Shown here in pieces: positions 1 through 8,820 of a stretch of DNA of 64,000 bases (positions are counted from its first letter, which is position 1; every line of letters starts with the position of its first letter). The position numbers and the translations under genes were made by a program. Source of the stretch: a virus; the IMG/VR virus record IMGVR_UViG_3300046804_003518, positions 96,001 to 160,000 of that record; one strand, given 5' to 3'. The notes below the pieces were generated by a model. That model did not search any database, was not told the origin of the DNA, and worked only from the letters and a program-made list of their open reading frames with translations.

Positions 1-1
1 A

Positions 2-148
2 ATTGATAAAGATGTTGTGGAAAAATACAATATGAGGGATAATCATATTGTTCCAACACCATACAAGTATGGTGATATGAATAGTCCTACTTGGCATGCA
101 GCGATCAATACTATTGAAAGCGTCAAGTGGGTTACAAATACATTATGA
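2..148 (+). CDS. 3' end of a hypothetical protein (truncated by window start)
   Basis: Open frame IDKDVVEKYNMRDNH...VTNTL ending TGA at 146-148, just before the GAGG RBS of the clamp gene. Confidence 0.5.
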   Translation: MDKDVVEKYNMRDNHIVPTPYKYGDMNSPTWHAAINTIESVKWVTNTL

Positions 149-157
149 GGTTATATT

Positions 158-832
158 ATGAAAATTTCAAGTCAGACCTTACAGGTCCTGAAGAACTTTG
201 CTTCGATCAATCCTAATCTGTTGGTGAAGCCGGGAAACGTACTAAGCACAATCAGCACTAATAAAAACATATTTGCGAAGGCTACGGTTGCTGAGTCGTT
301 CCCGGCTTCATTTGCTATCTACGACATGCAGCAATTCCTCGGTGTTATTAGCATCTTTGAGGATCCAGATTTTACCTTTGGTGATAAGTCTGTAACTATC
401 TCCTCTGAGGGAAGATCGGTTGACTATATCTACGCCAACCAAGAAACAATTGTGGCTCCTTCTGACAGCGTTGCTCAAAAGATTGCAGTCAACAATCCTG
501 AGATTACATTTGACCTTACAGCTCAAGGACTAAACGAGGTTGTTAAGGCGACTGCAATTCTACAACTTGATAAGATTAATGTTGTAAGCAGTAACGGTGT
601 AGTTAGTGTTGTTGTAGCAGACCCTAAGAACCCATCTTCCAATAAGTTCTCGCTAAAGGTGAATGGCACATCTACATCTGATCTGGCTATGGCATTTGCT
701 GCTGAGAATCTGAAGGTAGTTGCTGGAGATTATAAGGTAAACTTATCATCTAATGGTATTGGTTCGTTTAAGAATGATAAGCTGAACCTCGAATACTTTG
801 TTGCTGCAGATACTAAGTCAAAGAAGGCTTAA
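158..832 (+). CDS. gp45: T4-like DNA polymerase sliding clamp (gp45)
   Basis: MKISSQTLQVLKNFASINPNL...FAIYDMQQFL N-terminus typical of gp45; first gene of the 45-44-62-regA cluster. Confidence 0.92.
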   Translation: MKISSQTLQVLKNFASINPNLLVKPGNVLSTISTNKNIFAKATVAESFPASFAIYDMQQFLGVISIFEDPDFTFGDKSVTISSEGRSVDYIYANQETIVAPSDSVAQKIAVNNPEITFDLTAQGLNEVVKATAILQLDKINVVSSNGVVSVVVADPKNPSSNKFSLKVNGTSTSDLAMAFAAENLKVVAGDYKVNLSSNGIGSFKNDKLNLEYFVAADTKSKKA

Positions 833-835
833 TCC

Positions 836-1774
836 ATGTTACAGGAAGTGTTGTGGGTTGAAAAATACCGTCCTCGAACTATAGCTGATTGTATCCTACC
901 AAAGGATATCAAGAAGACATTCCAGGCATTTATTGATAGTGGGACTATTCCTAACTTACTGCTAACAGGCACACAAGGTACTGGTAAGACAACTGCTGCC
1001 AGAGCTATGTGTGAACAGCTTCAGTGTGACTATATCATCATTAACGGTTCTATGAATGGTGGTATTGATACTCTAAGAAACGAGATCCAGCAGTTTGCTA
1101 GCACTGTATCGTTTAGCGGTGGTAGGAAGATGGTTATCCTCGATGAGGCCGACTATCTCAATGCTCAGTCGACTCAACCAGCTCTTAGAAACTTTATGGA
1201 AGAGTTTTCTAAGAACTGTGGATTCATTCTAACTTGTAACTTCAAGTCTAGAATCATTGAGCCACTACATTCAAGATGCTCTATTGTTGAGTTTAAGATT
1301 CCACCCAAGGAGAAGCCAACATTAGCTGGCGAGTTCTATAAGAGGACTCTCAACATCCTTGCTCAGGAAAACATTAAGTACAATAAGAATGTTGTAGGTG
1401 AGCTGATTGCTCGCCACTTCCCAGACTGGCGAAGAGTGTTGAATGAACTTCAGCGGTATAGCGTTGGTGGTGAGATTGATTCTGGTATTCTTGTTAATCT
1501 ATCAGATGAGCACTTCACTCAATTGATTACTATCCTAAAGGATAGAAGATTCAATGACATGAGGAAGTGGGTGGCTGAATCTAATGATATTGAGTCATCT
1601 GTCCTTTTTAGAAAGATCTATGACTCGTTATCTGTCCTTGTTAAGCAAACATCTGTTCCTCATGCAATCCTTATTCTTGCTGAGTATCAATATAAGGCAG
1701 CCTTCGTTGCAGACCAGGAAATCAACCTTGTTGCGTGTTTGAGTCAGCTGATGGCTGAGGTTGAATACCTATGA
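836..1774 (+). CDS. gp44: Clamp loader large subunit (gp44), AAA+ ATPase
   Basis: LWVEKYRP, Walker A GTQGTGKTT, Walker B ILDEAD, SRC motif (LHSRC). Confidence 0.95.
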   Translation: MLQEVLWVEKYRPRTIADCILPKDIKKTFQAFIDSGTIPNLLLTGTQGTGKTTAARAMCEQLQCDYIIINGSMNGGIDTLRNEIQQFASTVSFSGGRKMVILDEADYLNAQSTQPALRNFMEEFSKNCGFILTCNFKSRIIEPLHSRCSIVEFKIPPKEKPTLAGEFYKRTLNILAQENIKYNKNVVGELIARHFPDWRRVLNELQRYSVGGEIDSGILVNLSDEHFTQLITILKDRRFNDMRKWVAESNDIESSVLFRKIYDSLSVLVKQTSVPHAILILAEYQYKAAFVADQEINLVACLSQLMAEVEYL

Positions 1775-2163
1775 ATCCGTTCGACTTTTTGAACGCCATC
1801 AATTATACAAAGATTGATGTCATATCTACCTCGGAAAATCCGGAAAAAGCCGAGAAATTGTACAACCCTTTCCTAACAAATCGTGGTTTATCGTATTTTG
1901 CGGATACTGTGCTGTATTGCAATGAAATGAACAGATACCACGAATTAGACAAAAAGCTCCAGTTTGATTTTCTTCTAAATAGTATTAGGAAGAACAAACG
2001 GTTCTCCAAATGGCATAAGGCTGAAGTAGACGAAGATACACAGCTTGTTAGTGACTACTATAAGTGCAACATTAGGAAGGCTAAAGAGATACTAACAATA
2101 CTATCTACAGAACAGCTTAGACAATTAAAAGAAAAAATGCATGTGGGTGGGGCGAACAAATGA
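1771..2163 (+). CDS. gp62: Clamp loader small subunit (gp62)
   Basis: MNPFDFLNAIN...YNPFLTNRGLSYF...KRFSKWHK; synteny between gp44 and regA. Confidence 0.88.
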   Translation: MNPFDFLNAINYTKIDVISTSENPEKAEKLYNPFLTNRGLSYFADTVLYCNEMNRYHELDKKLQFDFLLNSIRKNKRFSKWHKAEVDEDTQLVSDYYKCNIRKAKEILTILSTEQLRQLKEKMHVGGANK

Positions 2164-2585
2164 TTACAGTAGACAGTTTTATTGAGGTTACTCTAAAGCA
2201 GAACGATGACTTTCTAAAGGTTAAAGAGACATTAACCAGAATCGGCATTGCTTCCGAAAAGAACAAGACCCTCTATCAGTCTTGTCACATTCTCCATAAG
2301 AAAGGCAAATATTACATTGTACACTTCAAGGAGCTTTTTGCCCTTGATGGTAGACCATCGTCCTTAACAGATGATGATGTCGCAAGAAGAAATACTATCG
2401 TCAATCTACTTTCGGATTGGGGACTAGTAGGTCTCGTTGATGTGGAACGAACTAAAGAGCCAGTTGCGCCAATGAGACTAATCAAGGTCATTCCGTATAA
2501 GCAAAAGAACGAATGGCAATTGGTTACGAAGTATAACATTGGCCGATCAAAGAAAGAAGGCAATGCTAGTGAAGAAAGCAATTAA
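2160..2585 (+). CDS. regA: Translational repressor RegA
   Basis: DDFLKVKETLTRIGIAS...LYQSCHILHKKGKYYIVHFKELFALDG signature. Confidence 0.95.
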   Translation: MITVDSFIEVTLKQNDDFLKVKETLTRIGIASEKNKTLYQSCHILHKKGKYYIVHFKELFALDGRPSSLTDDDVARRNTIVNLLSDWGLVGLVDVERTKEPVAPMRLIKVIPYKQKNEWQLVTKYNIGRSKKEGNASEESN

Positions 2586-2603
2586 AGCAAATAGGAGAAA
2601 ATC

Positions 2604-2822
2604 ATGGAAACGTTAATTGTTGTTGTTATTGCAGCTGTTGTTGGTTACATCGCATGGAAGATCATTAAGAAGCCAGATGTAAACAACGATGGTAAGGTTG
2701 ATGCTCAAGACGTTGTTGCTGCCGCTAAGGAAGTCGCTACAGAGGTAAAGGCTGGAGCTGATAAGGCAGTTGAGAAGGTCAAGAAGGCTCGTAAGCCAAG
2801 AGCACCAAAAGCAGGCAAGTAA
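2604..2822 (+). CDS. Small membrane-anchored protein with an EF-hand/dockerin-like loop
   Basis: AGGAG RBS; N-terminal TM helix; DVNNDGKVDAQD loop; basic tail. Confidence 0.7.
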   Translation: METLIVVVIAAVVGYIAWKIIKKPDVNNDGKVDAQDVVAAAKEVATEVKAGADKAVEKVKKARKPRAPKAGK

Positions 2823-2960
2823 ACGAAACTCGTTTAGTTGCATGTAGATACCTTGTAAGAACAGGGTATATTTGTAGTAAGAGATGGTTCTTATTACAGC
2901 AAAACCACGCGGATGTTGTAACTCCTTGATTCTACAGGAGTTGTAACTCCGCGTTTTTAT
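2820..2960 (+). other. Four consecutive stem-loops (terminator array or small structured RNA)
   Basis: Inverted repeats at 2820-2836, 2848-2869, 2873-2898 and 2907-2954; the last is followed by a T-run. Confidence 0.55.
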
Positions 2961-3010
2961 TAGGAATTTTCAGTATATTGTAACTTGTTGATTCTAAAGG
3001 GTATCTTCTG

Positions 3011-3039
3011 TTGACCTTAGACGACCGGTAGCGTATACT
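3011..3039 (+). promoter_or_regulatory. sigma70-type (early) promoter
   Basis: TTGACC-N17-TATACT, preceded by GTAAC-N3-TTGATT motifs at 2918 and 2980. Confidence 0.8.
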
Positions 3040-3113
3040 GCTCGCATTGGTTGGGTGGTCTGACCGATACCGAACTCCGGTTCGGGTTTTGTTATGTTGT
3101 GAGGATTTATATT

Positions 3114-3533
3114 ATGGCTTCTATTACTATTCCGGGAAACGATGGCCCGCTGACCATCGAGAACTTGCCGCTTAACAAGGTTGAGCGTGCATCTGCTGCT
3201 GCGGACACCTATGTGGCTGCTGGTCTTTCGAATACGGCCGTCATTGGCAAGATGTCGAAGTATCAGACCGAGGCTCAGGTTGACATTCCGGCTGCTGTGA
3301 CCAAGACGGTCAAGGCTAAGGCTCCTAAGGCTGTGGCTCCGGCTGCTCCGTCGAAGACCAAGCGTGCTAAGGGTGCTAACAACGCCAAGCGTGCTCGTGC
3401 TCTCGAGATGTTCAAGGACATGACCGCTCAGGGTCTCTCGCAGGAGAAGATGCTGAAGGCTGTTCAGGACGAACTCAAGATCACGTACGCGAACACGTAC
3501 TACTACTACTCGCGAGTGTTCAAGAAGGCCTAA
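3114..3533 (+). CDS. Hypothetical early protein, Lys/Ala-rich linker and probable helical DNA-binding C-terminus
   Basis: GAGG RBS before ATG 3114; directly downstream of the promoter; GC-richer codon usage. Confidence 0.7.
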   Translation: MASITIPGNDGPLTIENLPLNKVERASAAADTYVAAGLSNTAVIGKMSKYQTEAQVDIPAAVTKTVKAKAPKAVAPAAPSKTKRAKGANNAKRARALEMFKDMTAQGLSQEKMLKAVQDELKITYANTYYYYSRVFKKA

Positions 3534-3540
3534 TCGCCTT

Positions 3541-3605
3541 GGAGGCCGACAACCTGGCTGAAGTTGCCTTGTGTAACTCCCCACGTAATGTCGGCCTCCT
3601 CTTTT
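3541..3605 (+). terminator. Stem-loop with T-tail (terminator or structured RNA)
   Basis: Perfect 11-bp inverted repeat GGAGGCCGACA / TGTCGGCCTCC around a 37-nt interior, then TCTTTT. Confidence 0.55.
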
Positions 3606-3617
3606 CTTGAGGTAAGT

Positions 3618-3833
3618 ATGTTTCAGAAATTTGATCCAGCACAGACGCAGAAGTTCTTAGAAGAGGCTAACAACATCGTTGCTACCGTTAGTTCGGTAAT
3701 GGCGAATGAAGGTAACGACCTCACATCGAAGGACCTCTACGATCTTGTTGAGCGAATTGAACGAGCAAGGAATCTTCTCTTGACCGTTGGTGACCGAAAG
3801 TACTTTATAGAGCGTGAGCAGGAAGTAGCCTAA
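3618..3833 (+). CDS. Hypothetical protein
   Basis: GAGGT RBS before ATG 3618; coupled to the next ORF (TAATG). Confidence 0.65.
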   Translation: MFQKFDPAQTQKFLEEANNIVATVSSVMANEGNDLTSKDLYDLVERIERARNLLLTVGDRKYFIEREQEVA

Positions 3834-4081
3834 TGAGTAAGTTGAAACACGATTTGATTGGTGAAGACTTCAAGAAGCTTCTTGGTGAGATGGTTGCAAG
3901 CCCTAATGTCTCTCTCGAAGAGGTTAAGGAGTTCTGCATTGAGCTGATCAATAAGGGTGTAAGTTCTCGAGCCAAGAAGGATGTGTTCATTCGCGAAGTG
4001 CAATCTGCAAAGCGAAAAGACATGGCCGCCTGGCCCGTGTATAGTTACATCTTGGCTGGTGAAGGTAAGAAGGTAGGTTAA
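3833..4081 (+). CDS. Hypothetical protein
   Basis: ORF track; tightly packed operon. Confidence 0.65.
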   Translation: MSKLKHDLIGEDFKKLLGEMVASPNVSLEEVKEFCIELINKGVSSRAKKDVFIREVQSAKRKDMAAWPVYSYILAGEGKKVG

Positions 4082-4082
4082 T

Positions 4083-4400
4083 ATGGTCCACTACGAATAC
4101 GAAGCAAAGCATATGAGTTTCTATGAGATCAAAGAGGCGAATGGTTTTGTAAGTATGTGGTCAATCTATGATGGTGTCAATGACCCAAGTGAGCCATCAC
4201 CATACGAAGGCAAGACAATGTCCTATATGAACAATTGGGGCGAACCTGTAGAGGTGACGTTGCCTTCTGGTAAGTTGACATGGCTTCAGCTTTGGGCTGC
4301 TGCCGATAAGTGTATCAAACAGTCTGGCGATACACATCACATCTTCATCGAGGGGTTTAGGAAGAACGGTGGTATACTTGAATTGATTACAGGAAGTTGA
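4083..4400 (+). CDS. Hypothetical protein
   Basis: ORF track; C-terminal CIKQSGDTHHIFIEGF; coupled to the next gene. Confidence 0.65.
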   Translation: MVHYEYEAKHMSFYEIKEANGFVSMWSIYDGVNDPSEPSPYEGKTMSYMNNWGEPVEVTLPSGKLTWLQLWAAADKCIKQSGDTHHIFIEGFRKNGGILELITGS

Positions 4401-5797
4401 TGAGTGTAACAGCATCGCTTAAAGCAACAGACGGAATCTTTTCATCCTCACAGCGGACGCCACACAAAGTGGCCATCCGTTGTGGGGATCGCTCCGTTTC
4501 CTATTCTGAACTGACCAATAAGGTCAGACAAATCCAGCACTATTGTGTACATAAGCTCAAACTCAAGCCAGGTGATAGAGTATCGCTACTTGGTAACAAT
4601 TCAATAGAATACCTTGAGATATTAATCGCTCTAATTGATATTGGTGTTGGTGTGGTGACAATTAACCCAAAGTCTTCTCAGGAAGAGATTGACAGGTTGA
4701 GAAATGATTTGGTCACTTCAGTAAATTTTATTCTACGCGCCCCCCATATACTTTTTACTGAGGCCGGGGCTTATGAATCTACAGTAGATCTTTCGGAGGA
4801 ACTTCTAACTGACGAAGTAACCTTTGATTGGAATCTACCATCCACAATTATATTCTCTTCTGGTACAACGGGTAGATCCAAACCAATATTCATATCACAT
4901 AAGACAAGAGTTATGACATCTCTTTCTATGCCTCTGAGTTGGCGTTGGCAGCAAAATGATATCTACCTATCACTACCTTCTCTCTCTACGGGTGGAGGTA
5001 GTGGTTGTGCTCTTGCTGCTCTCTATATTGGAATGGAAGTTGTGATTCCTGAACAATACACAACCGAGTATCTTGTTGATATCATCAATAAGCGAAAGGT
5101 TACTACAATGGTAACAGTACCAGCACTTACCTATAAACTTGTCAACCAAAGATACAATCATGCAATCAATTCAGTAATATCAACTGCTGATGTTTTCCCT
5201 TATCAACTAAAAGTAGATGCCTACAACTTATGGCCAATGGCATTATATGAAACATATGCAACAACTGAGCATGGTCCAATAACATTACTCACACCTGATG
5301 ACCTTTGTAATAAACCAAACTCTGTTGGTCGTCCTTGTATTGGTTCAATGGTTAAAATCGTAGACGAACAAGGAGCTGGAGTTCCAACTAACACTCCAGG
5401 TAACATTGTAGCAACAACTCTCACACAAACAGGTGAAGGGTGGTTACCAACCAACGACATCGGATATCTTGATAGCGACAACTACCTTTACATTTTAGGT
5501 AGAGCTAATAATATGATTGTTACAAGAGGGTTCAATATACATCCTCTTGAAATTGAAGAAGCAATTAATCAGTATCCAGGAGTTGTTGAATCATGTGTTG
5601 TTGGTAAACAAAATGCCAGGTGGGGCGAGATACCTGTTGCCTTCATTGTTGGAGATGTAGATACTAGTTCGTTAAAGGCCTATCTCAGAAATAGGCTAGC
5701 AAAATATAAAGTTCCTCGTACATTTATCGTAGTTGAATCAATACCTAAGAATATTTTAGGTAAAATTGAACGCAACAAATTACGCGAACTATTATAA
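4400..5797 (+). CDS. Adenylate-forming (ANL superfamily) acyl-CoA synthetase / AMP-dependent ligase
   Basis: P-loop IIFSSGTTGRSK, YATTE (YGxTE-like), TNDIGYLD..YLYILGR, GFNIHPLEIEE, terminal LGKI lysine. Confidence 0.88.
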   Translation: MSVTASLKATDGIFSSSQRTPHKVAIRCGDRSVSYSELTNKVRQIQHYCVHKLKLKPGDRVSLLGNNSIEYLEILIALIDIGVGVVTINPKSSQEEIDRLRNDLVTSVNFILRAPHILFTEAGAYESTVDLSEELLTDEVTFDWNLPSTIIFSSGTTGRSKPIFISHKTRVMTSLSMPLSWRWQQNDIYLSLPSLSTGGGSGCALAALYIGMEVVIPEQYTTEYLVDIINKRKVTTMVTVPALTYKLVNQRYNHAINSVISTADVFPYQLKVDAYNLWPMALYETYATTEHGPITLLTPDDLCNKPNSVGRPCIGSMVKIVDEQGAGVPTNTPGNIVATTLTQTGEGWLPTNDIGYLDSDNYLYILGRANNMIVTRGFNIHPLEIEEAINQYPGVVESCVVGKQNARWGEIPVAFIVGDVDTSSLKAYLRNRLAKYKVPRTFIVVESIPKNILGKIERNKLRELL

Positions 5798-5800
5798 ATA
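5793..5800 (+). promoter_or_regulatory. T4-type late promoter
   Basis: TATAAATA upstream of hsp20. Confidence 0.7.
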
Positions 5801-5862
5801 ATACTGTAGATGCCATAACGGGTCTACTAAAACATTAACTCGCTTATTAAAGGAGATAAACT

Positions 5863-6348
5863 ATGACTAGACATACTCTAAGTCTATTCGATCAATTCGA
5901 TCGCGCGTGGCACAACCACTCAGTTGGCTTTGACAGAGCATTTGAAATTTTACAGCATGCTGCCAATGTCGCCAAGACCAACGACAACTTCCCACCCTAC
6001 TCTTTAGTTAAGAAGGACGACTTCAATTACGAATTGGAGATGGCTGTTGCCGGATTCAATGAAAAGGATTTGGAAATCGTTACTTCTAAAAACAGACTAT
6101 CTGTGGTTGGCATGAAGCCTGAGAAGGATGATCGTGAGTATATTGTGAAAGGAATTGCAGGACGCAGTTTCGCTCGTGAATTTGTTCTTGCTGATACTAT
6201 TGTTGTACGTGACGTGAACTTAATTGATGGTATTTTGACAATCAAGCTAGAAAATGTAGTACCTGAGGAGCAGAAGCCAAGGAAGATTACAATTGGTAAA
6301 AAGCCAATTGAGTCTAAGGCAGAACTACTTGTCGAAGAAGGCAAGTAA
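5863..6348 (+). CDS. hsp20: Small heat-shock protein (Hsp20/IbpA-like)
   Basis: NFPPYSLVK, LEMAVAGF, GIAGRSFAREF, LIDGILTIKL alpha-crystallin motifs. Confidence 0.93.
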   Translation: MTRHTLSLFDQFDRAWHNHSVGFDRAFEILQHAANVAKTNDNFPPYSLVKKDDFNYELEMAVAGFNEKDLEIVTSKNRLSVVGMKPEKDDREYIVKGIAGRSFAREFVLADTIVVRDVNLIDGILTIKLENVVPEEQKPRKITIGKKPIESKAELLVEEGK

Positions 6349-6354
6349 CTAATG

Positions 6355-6384
6355 GAAAGGGGGCTGCAATGGCCCCCTTTCTTT
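6355..6384 (+). terminator. Rho-independent terminator
   Basis: GAAAGGGGGC-loop-GCCCCCTTTC followed by TTT. Confidence 0.75.
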
Positions 6385-6390
6385 ATCAAA

Positions 6391-6431
6391 TATTAAGATT
6401 TGATTAAGGCTTGACGTCTCAATGTTAAATA
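6391..6431 (+). promoter_or_regulatory. Candidate Pho-box-like tandem repeat and promoter upstream of pstS
   Basis: TATTAAGATTTG ATTAAGGCTTG (11-bp period) then TGTTAAATA; same layout at 8821-8860. Confidence 0.45.
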
Positions 6432-6465
6432 TTGAAGGCAATGTTGCCATATAGGAGACATCTAA

Positions 6466-7509
6466 ATGAAATCTAAGTTAGCAATTCTTTTTGCTTTATC
6501 ACTACTTGTTGTATCTCATGTTGCCCATGCCCAGTCGCGTGATGCAATTTCAATTGTGGGATCTTCAACAGTATATCCATTCACAACAACTGTAGCAGAA
6601 CAGTTTGGTCGTCAGGGAAAGTTTAAGACACCAAAGGTGGAGTCAACAGGTACGGGTGGCGGCATTAAGCTATTCTGTAACGGTGTTGGTCCACAGTTTC
6701 CTGATATTGTTAATGCTTCTCGTAGGATGAAGGCAGCTGAATTTCAAACCTGTGTTCAGAATGGCGTAAAGGAAATTCTTGAAGTCAAGATTGGATTTGA
6801 TGGACTTACGATTTCTGAATCAAAGAAGGGTAAGCTTAACGCTTTAACTCGTAAGGATGTTTATCTTGCTCTTGCCAAGCAAGTTCCAAACCCTTCTAAT
6901 CCAACTGAGTTGATTGCTAACCCATATACAACATGGAAGGATGTTAACCCATCTCTACCAGCTGTCAAGATTGAAGTTCTTGGTCCACCACCAACAAGTG
7001 GTACGAGAGATTCATTTGCTGAGCTATTCATGGAAGCTGGTTGCCAACAATATCCATGGATTAAGTCTCTCAAGGATATTGATGAAAAAAGATATAAGAG
7101 AATTTGTCAAACACTTCGTGAAGATGGTGCATATGTTGAAGCTGGTGAGAATGACAACTTAATTGTACAAAAGATTCAATCAAATCCAAATGCTCTTGGT
7201 ATTTTTGGCTTCTCATTTCTTGAAGAAAATATGGATAAGTTAAAGGGTCTTGAGATAGATGGCGTTGCTCCAACGTTTGAAACTATCGCTTCTACTAAAT
7301 ACCCTACATCTCGTCCACTTTTCATTTATGTCAAGAAAGCGCACATTGGTACGATTCCTGGCCTAAAGGAGTTTGTGGTTGAGTACGTGAGCGAAAAGGC
7401 TACCGGTGAGGAAGGTTATCTAACTGACCGCGGCCTTGTTGCTCTTGATAAGTCAGCACTATCGAAAGTGCGTGCTGATGTTAATAATATGAAAAACTTC
7501 AAGCCATAA
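6466..7509 (+). CDS. pstS: Phosphate ABC transporter periplasmic binding protein PstS
   Basis: Signal peptide; IVGSSTVYPF, ESTGTGGGIKLFC, GPPPTSGTRDSF, YPTSRPLFIYVK. Confidence 0.92.
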   Translation: MKSKLAILFALSLLVVSHVAHAQSRDAISIVGSSTVYPFTTTVAEQFGRQGKFKTPKVESTGTGGGIKLFCNGVGPQFPDIVNASRRMKAAEFQTCVQNGVKEILEVKIGFDGLTISESKKGKLNALTRKDVYLALAKQVPNPSNPTELIANPYTTWKDVNPSLPAVKIEVLGPPPTSGTRDSFAELFMEAGCQQYPWIKSLKDIDEKRYKRICQTLREDGAYVEAGENDNLIVQKIQSNPNALGIFGFSFLEENMDKLKGLEIDGVAPTFETIASTKYPTSRPLFIYVKKAHIGTIPGLKEFVVEYVSEKATGEEGYLTDRGLVALDKSALSKVRADVNNMKNFKP

Positions 7510-7534
7510 TTTCGTGGCGCAACAGGAGAAAGAA

Positions 7535-8713
7535 ATGCGTAAAGCAATTCAATCATTAGTTATTTTAGGATCATTGCTAGGTAGCGTTGCATACGGACAA
7601 AGTGCAGCTGATGTTCAAGCATCGGTTGATAATTTGTCAGATGTATTTGCTAAGGATGTAGCATCACGCTGGAAGTGGAAAGGTGACTTTCGTGTAAGAA
7701 ACGAAAACATCGATCAGGAACTTGCAGTTGAGCGCAACCGTACTAGAATGCGTGTTCGTCTTGGATTTGAAGCAGAAGTAAATCCAACTGTTAAGGCAGG
7801 CTTTCAGTTTGCTACAACAGAAAATGGAGATGCTCGTTCAACAAACCAGACCTTCAGTGATGTTAATTCTAAGAAAGCACTTGATCTTGATTTAGCATAT
7901 GTTGAGTGGGCACCAAACGCAACAACCAAGCTTACGCTTGGTAAGATGAAGCAACCTCTTGTCACAACGACATCTTACTTTGTCGATAAGGACATTAATC
8001 CAGAGGGTGCTACTCTTGCGTTTAATCACGCTCCAACTGGCGTATTTGTAAATGCTGCTTTGTTTGATCTAGTTGAGCGTAGCTCAGCTGGTGATTCAAC
8101 AGCACTAGCATGGCAAGTTGGCTTGCGTGGTAAATTGAATGATGACACAGGATATGTTCTAGCTGCTGGTGAAATGAATCACCACAATGTTCAGAACCTA
8201 GCTGTAATTCAATCAGGCGCTGCAGGTAGTTTCTTTGGTAACACAACTAAGACAACTGGTTGTGTAGCTGGAGTTACAACTTGTCTTGCAAATGAGTTTG
8301 AGGTCCGTAATGCTCTAGCTGAAGTAACAACAGTGGTCGCTGGCTATCCAGTAGTTGCTTTTGTTGATTGGGCAGAGAACACTAAGGCTGTAAAACTCAA
8401 CAAGGCTCTTGCATACGGAGTCACCCTTGGAAAAGCATCACTTCCAAATTCTTGGGAAGCTGGTGTTGTAATCCAAAGCGTTGAGAAGGACGCTCTATTT
8501 GGTCAGTGGATTGATTCTGACTATGCTGCTGGTAATACAGATGGTGATGGATATACACTTCGCGGTGCATATCAATTAGCCAAGAACTGGAAACTAAATG
8601 TTGCTTATCATATCAATAAGACAAACAATGATGTTCCAGTAGTTATTAGTGGACGTAATATTATTGATCGAGACTATAAGCGTCTACAACTTGACCTAAA
8701 CTATTCATTCTAA
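7535..8713 (+). CDS. Outer-membrane beta-barrel, putative porin (PstS-associated)
   Basis: AGGAG RBS; signal peptide; RTRMRVRLGF, DLDLAYVEW, alternating beta-strands; C-terminal LQLDLNYSF (terminal Phe, BAM signal). Confidence 0.8.
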   Translation: MRKAIQSLVILGSLLGSVAYGQSAADVQASVDNLSDVFAKDVASRWKWKGDFRVRNENIDQELAVERNRTRMRVRLGFEAEVNPTVKAGFQFATTENGDARSTNQTFSDVNSKKALDLDLAYVEWAPNATTKLTLGKMKQPLVTTTSYFVDKDINPEGATLAFNHAPTGVFVNAALFDLVERSSAGDSTALAWQVGLRGKLNDDTGYVLAAGEMNHHNVQNLAVIQSGAAGSFFGNTTKTTGCVAGVTTCLANEFEVRNALAEVTTVVAGYPVVAFVDWAENTKAVKLNKALAYGVTLGKASLPNSWEAGVVIQSVEKDALFGQWIDSDYAAGNTDGDGYTLRGAYQLAKNWKLNVAYHINKTNNDVPVVISGRNIIDRDYKRLQLDLNYSF

Positions 8714-8739
8714 TTGAACAAATTAGATTGTGTTGACTT

Positions 8740-8772
8740 GAAAGGGGGAGCGTTGACTCCCCCTTTCTTTTT
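8740..8772 (+). terminator. Rho-independent terminator
   Basis: GAAAGGGGGAG-CGTTGA-CTCCCCCTTTC followed by TTTTT. Confidence 0.75.
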
Positions 8773-8794
8773 GTATATACTATCCCTCTTTGAG

Positions 8795-8816
8795 GAAGGG
8801 GACCTAGGTCCCCTTC
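8795..8816. repeat. Perfect 22-bp palindrome
   Basis: GAAGGGGACCTAGGTCCCCTTC. Confidence 0.85.
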
Positions 8817-8820
8817 TTTA

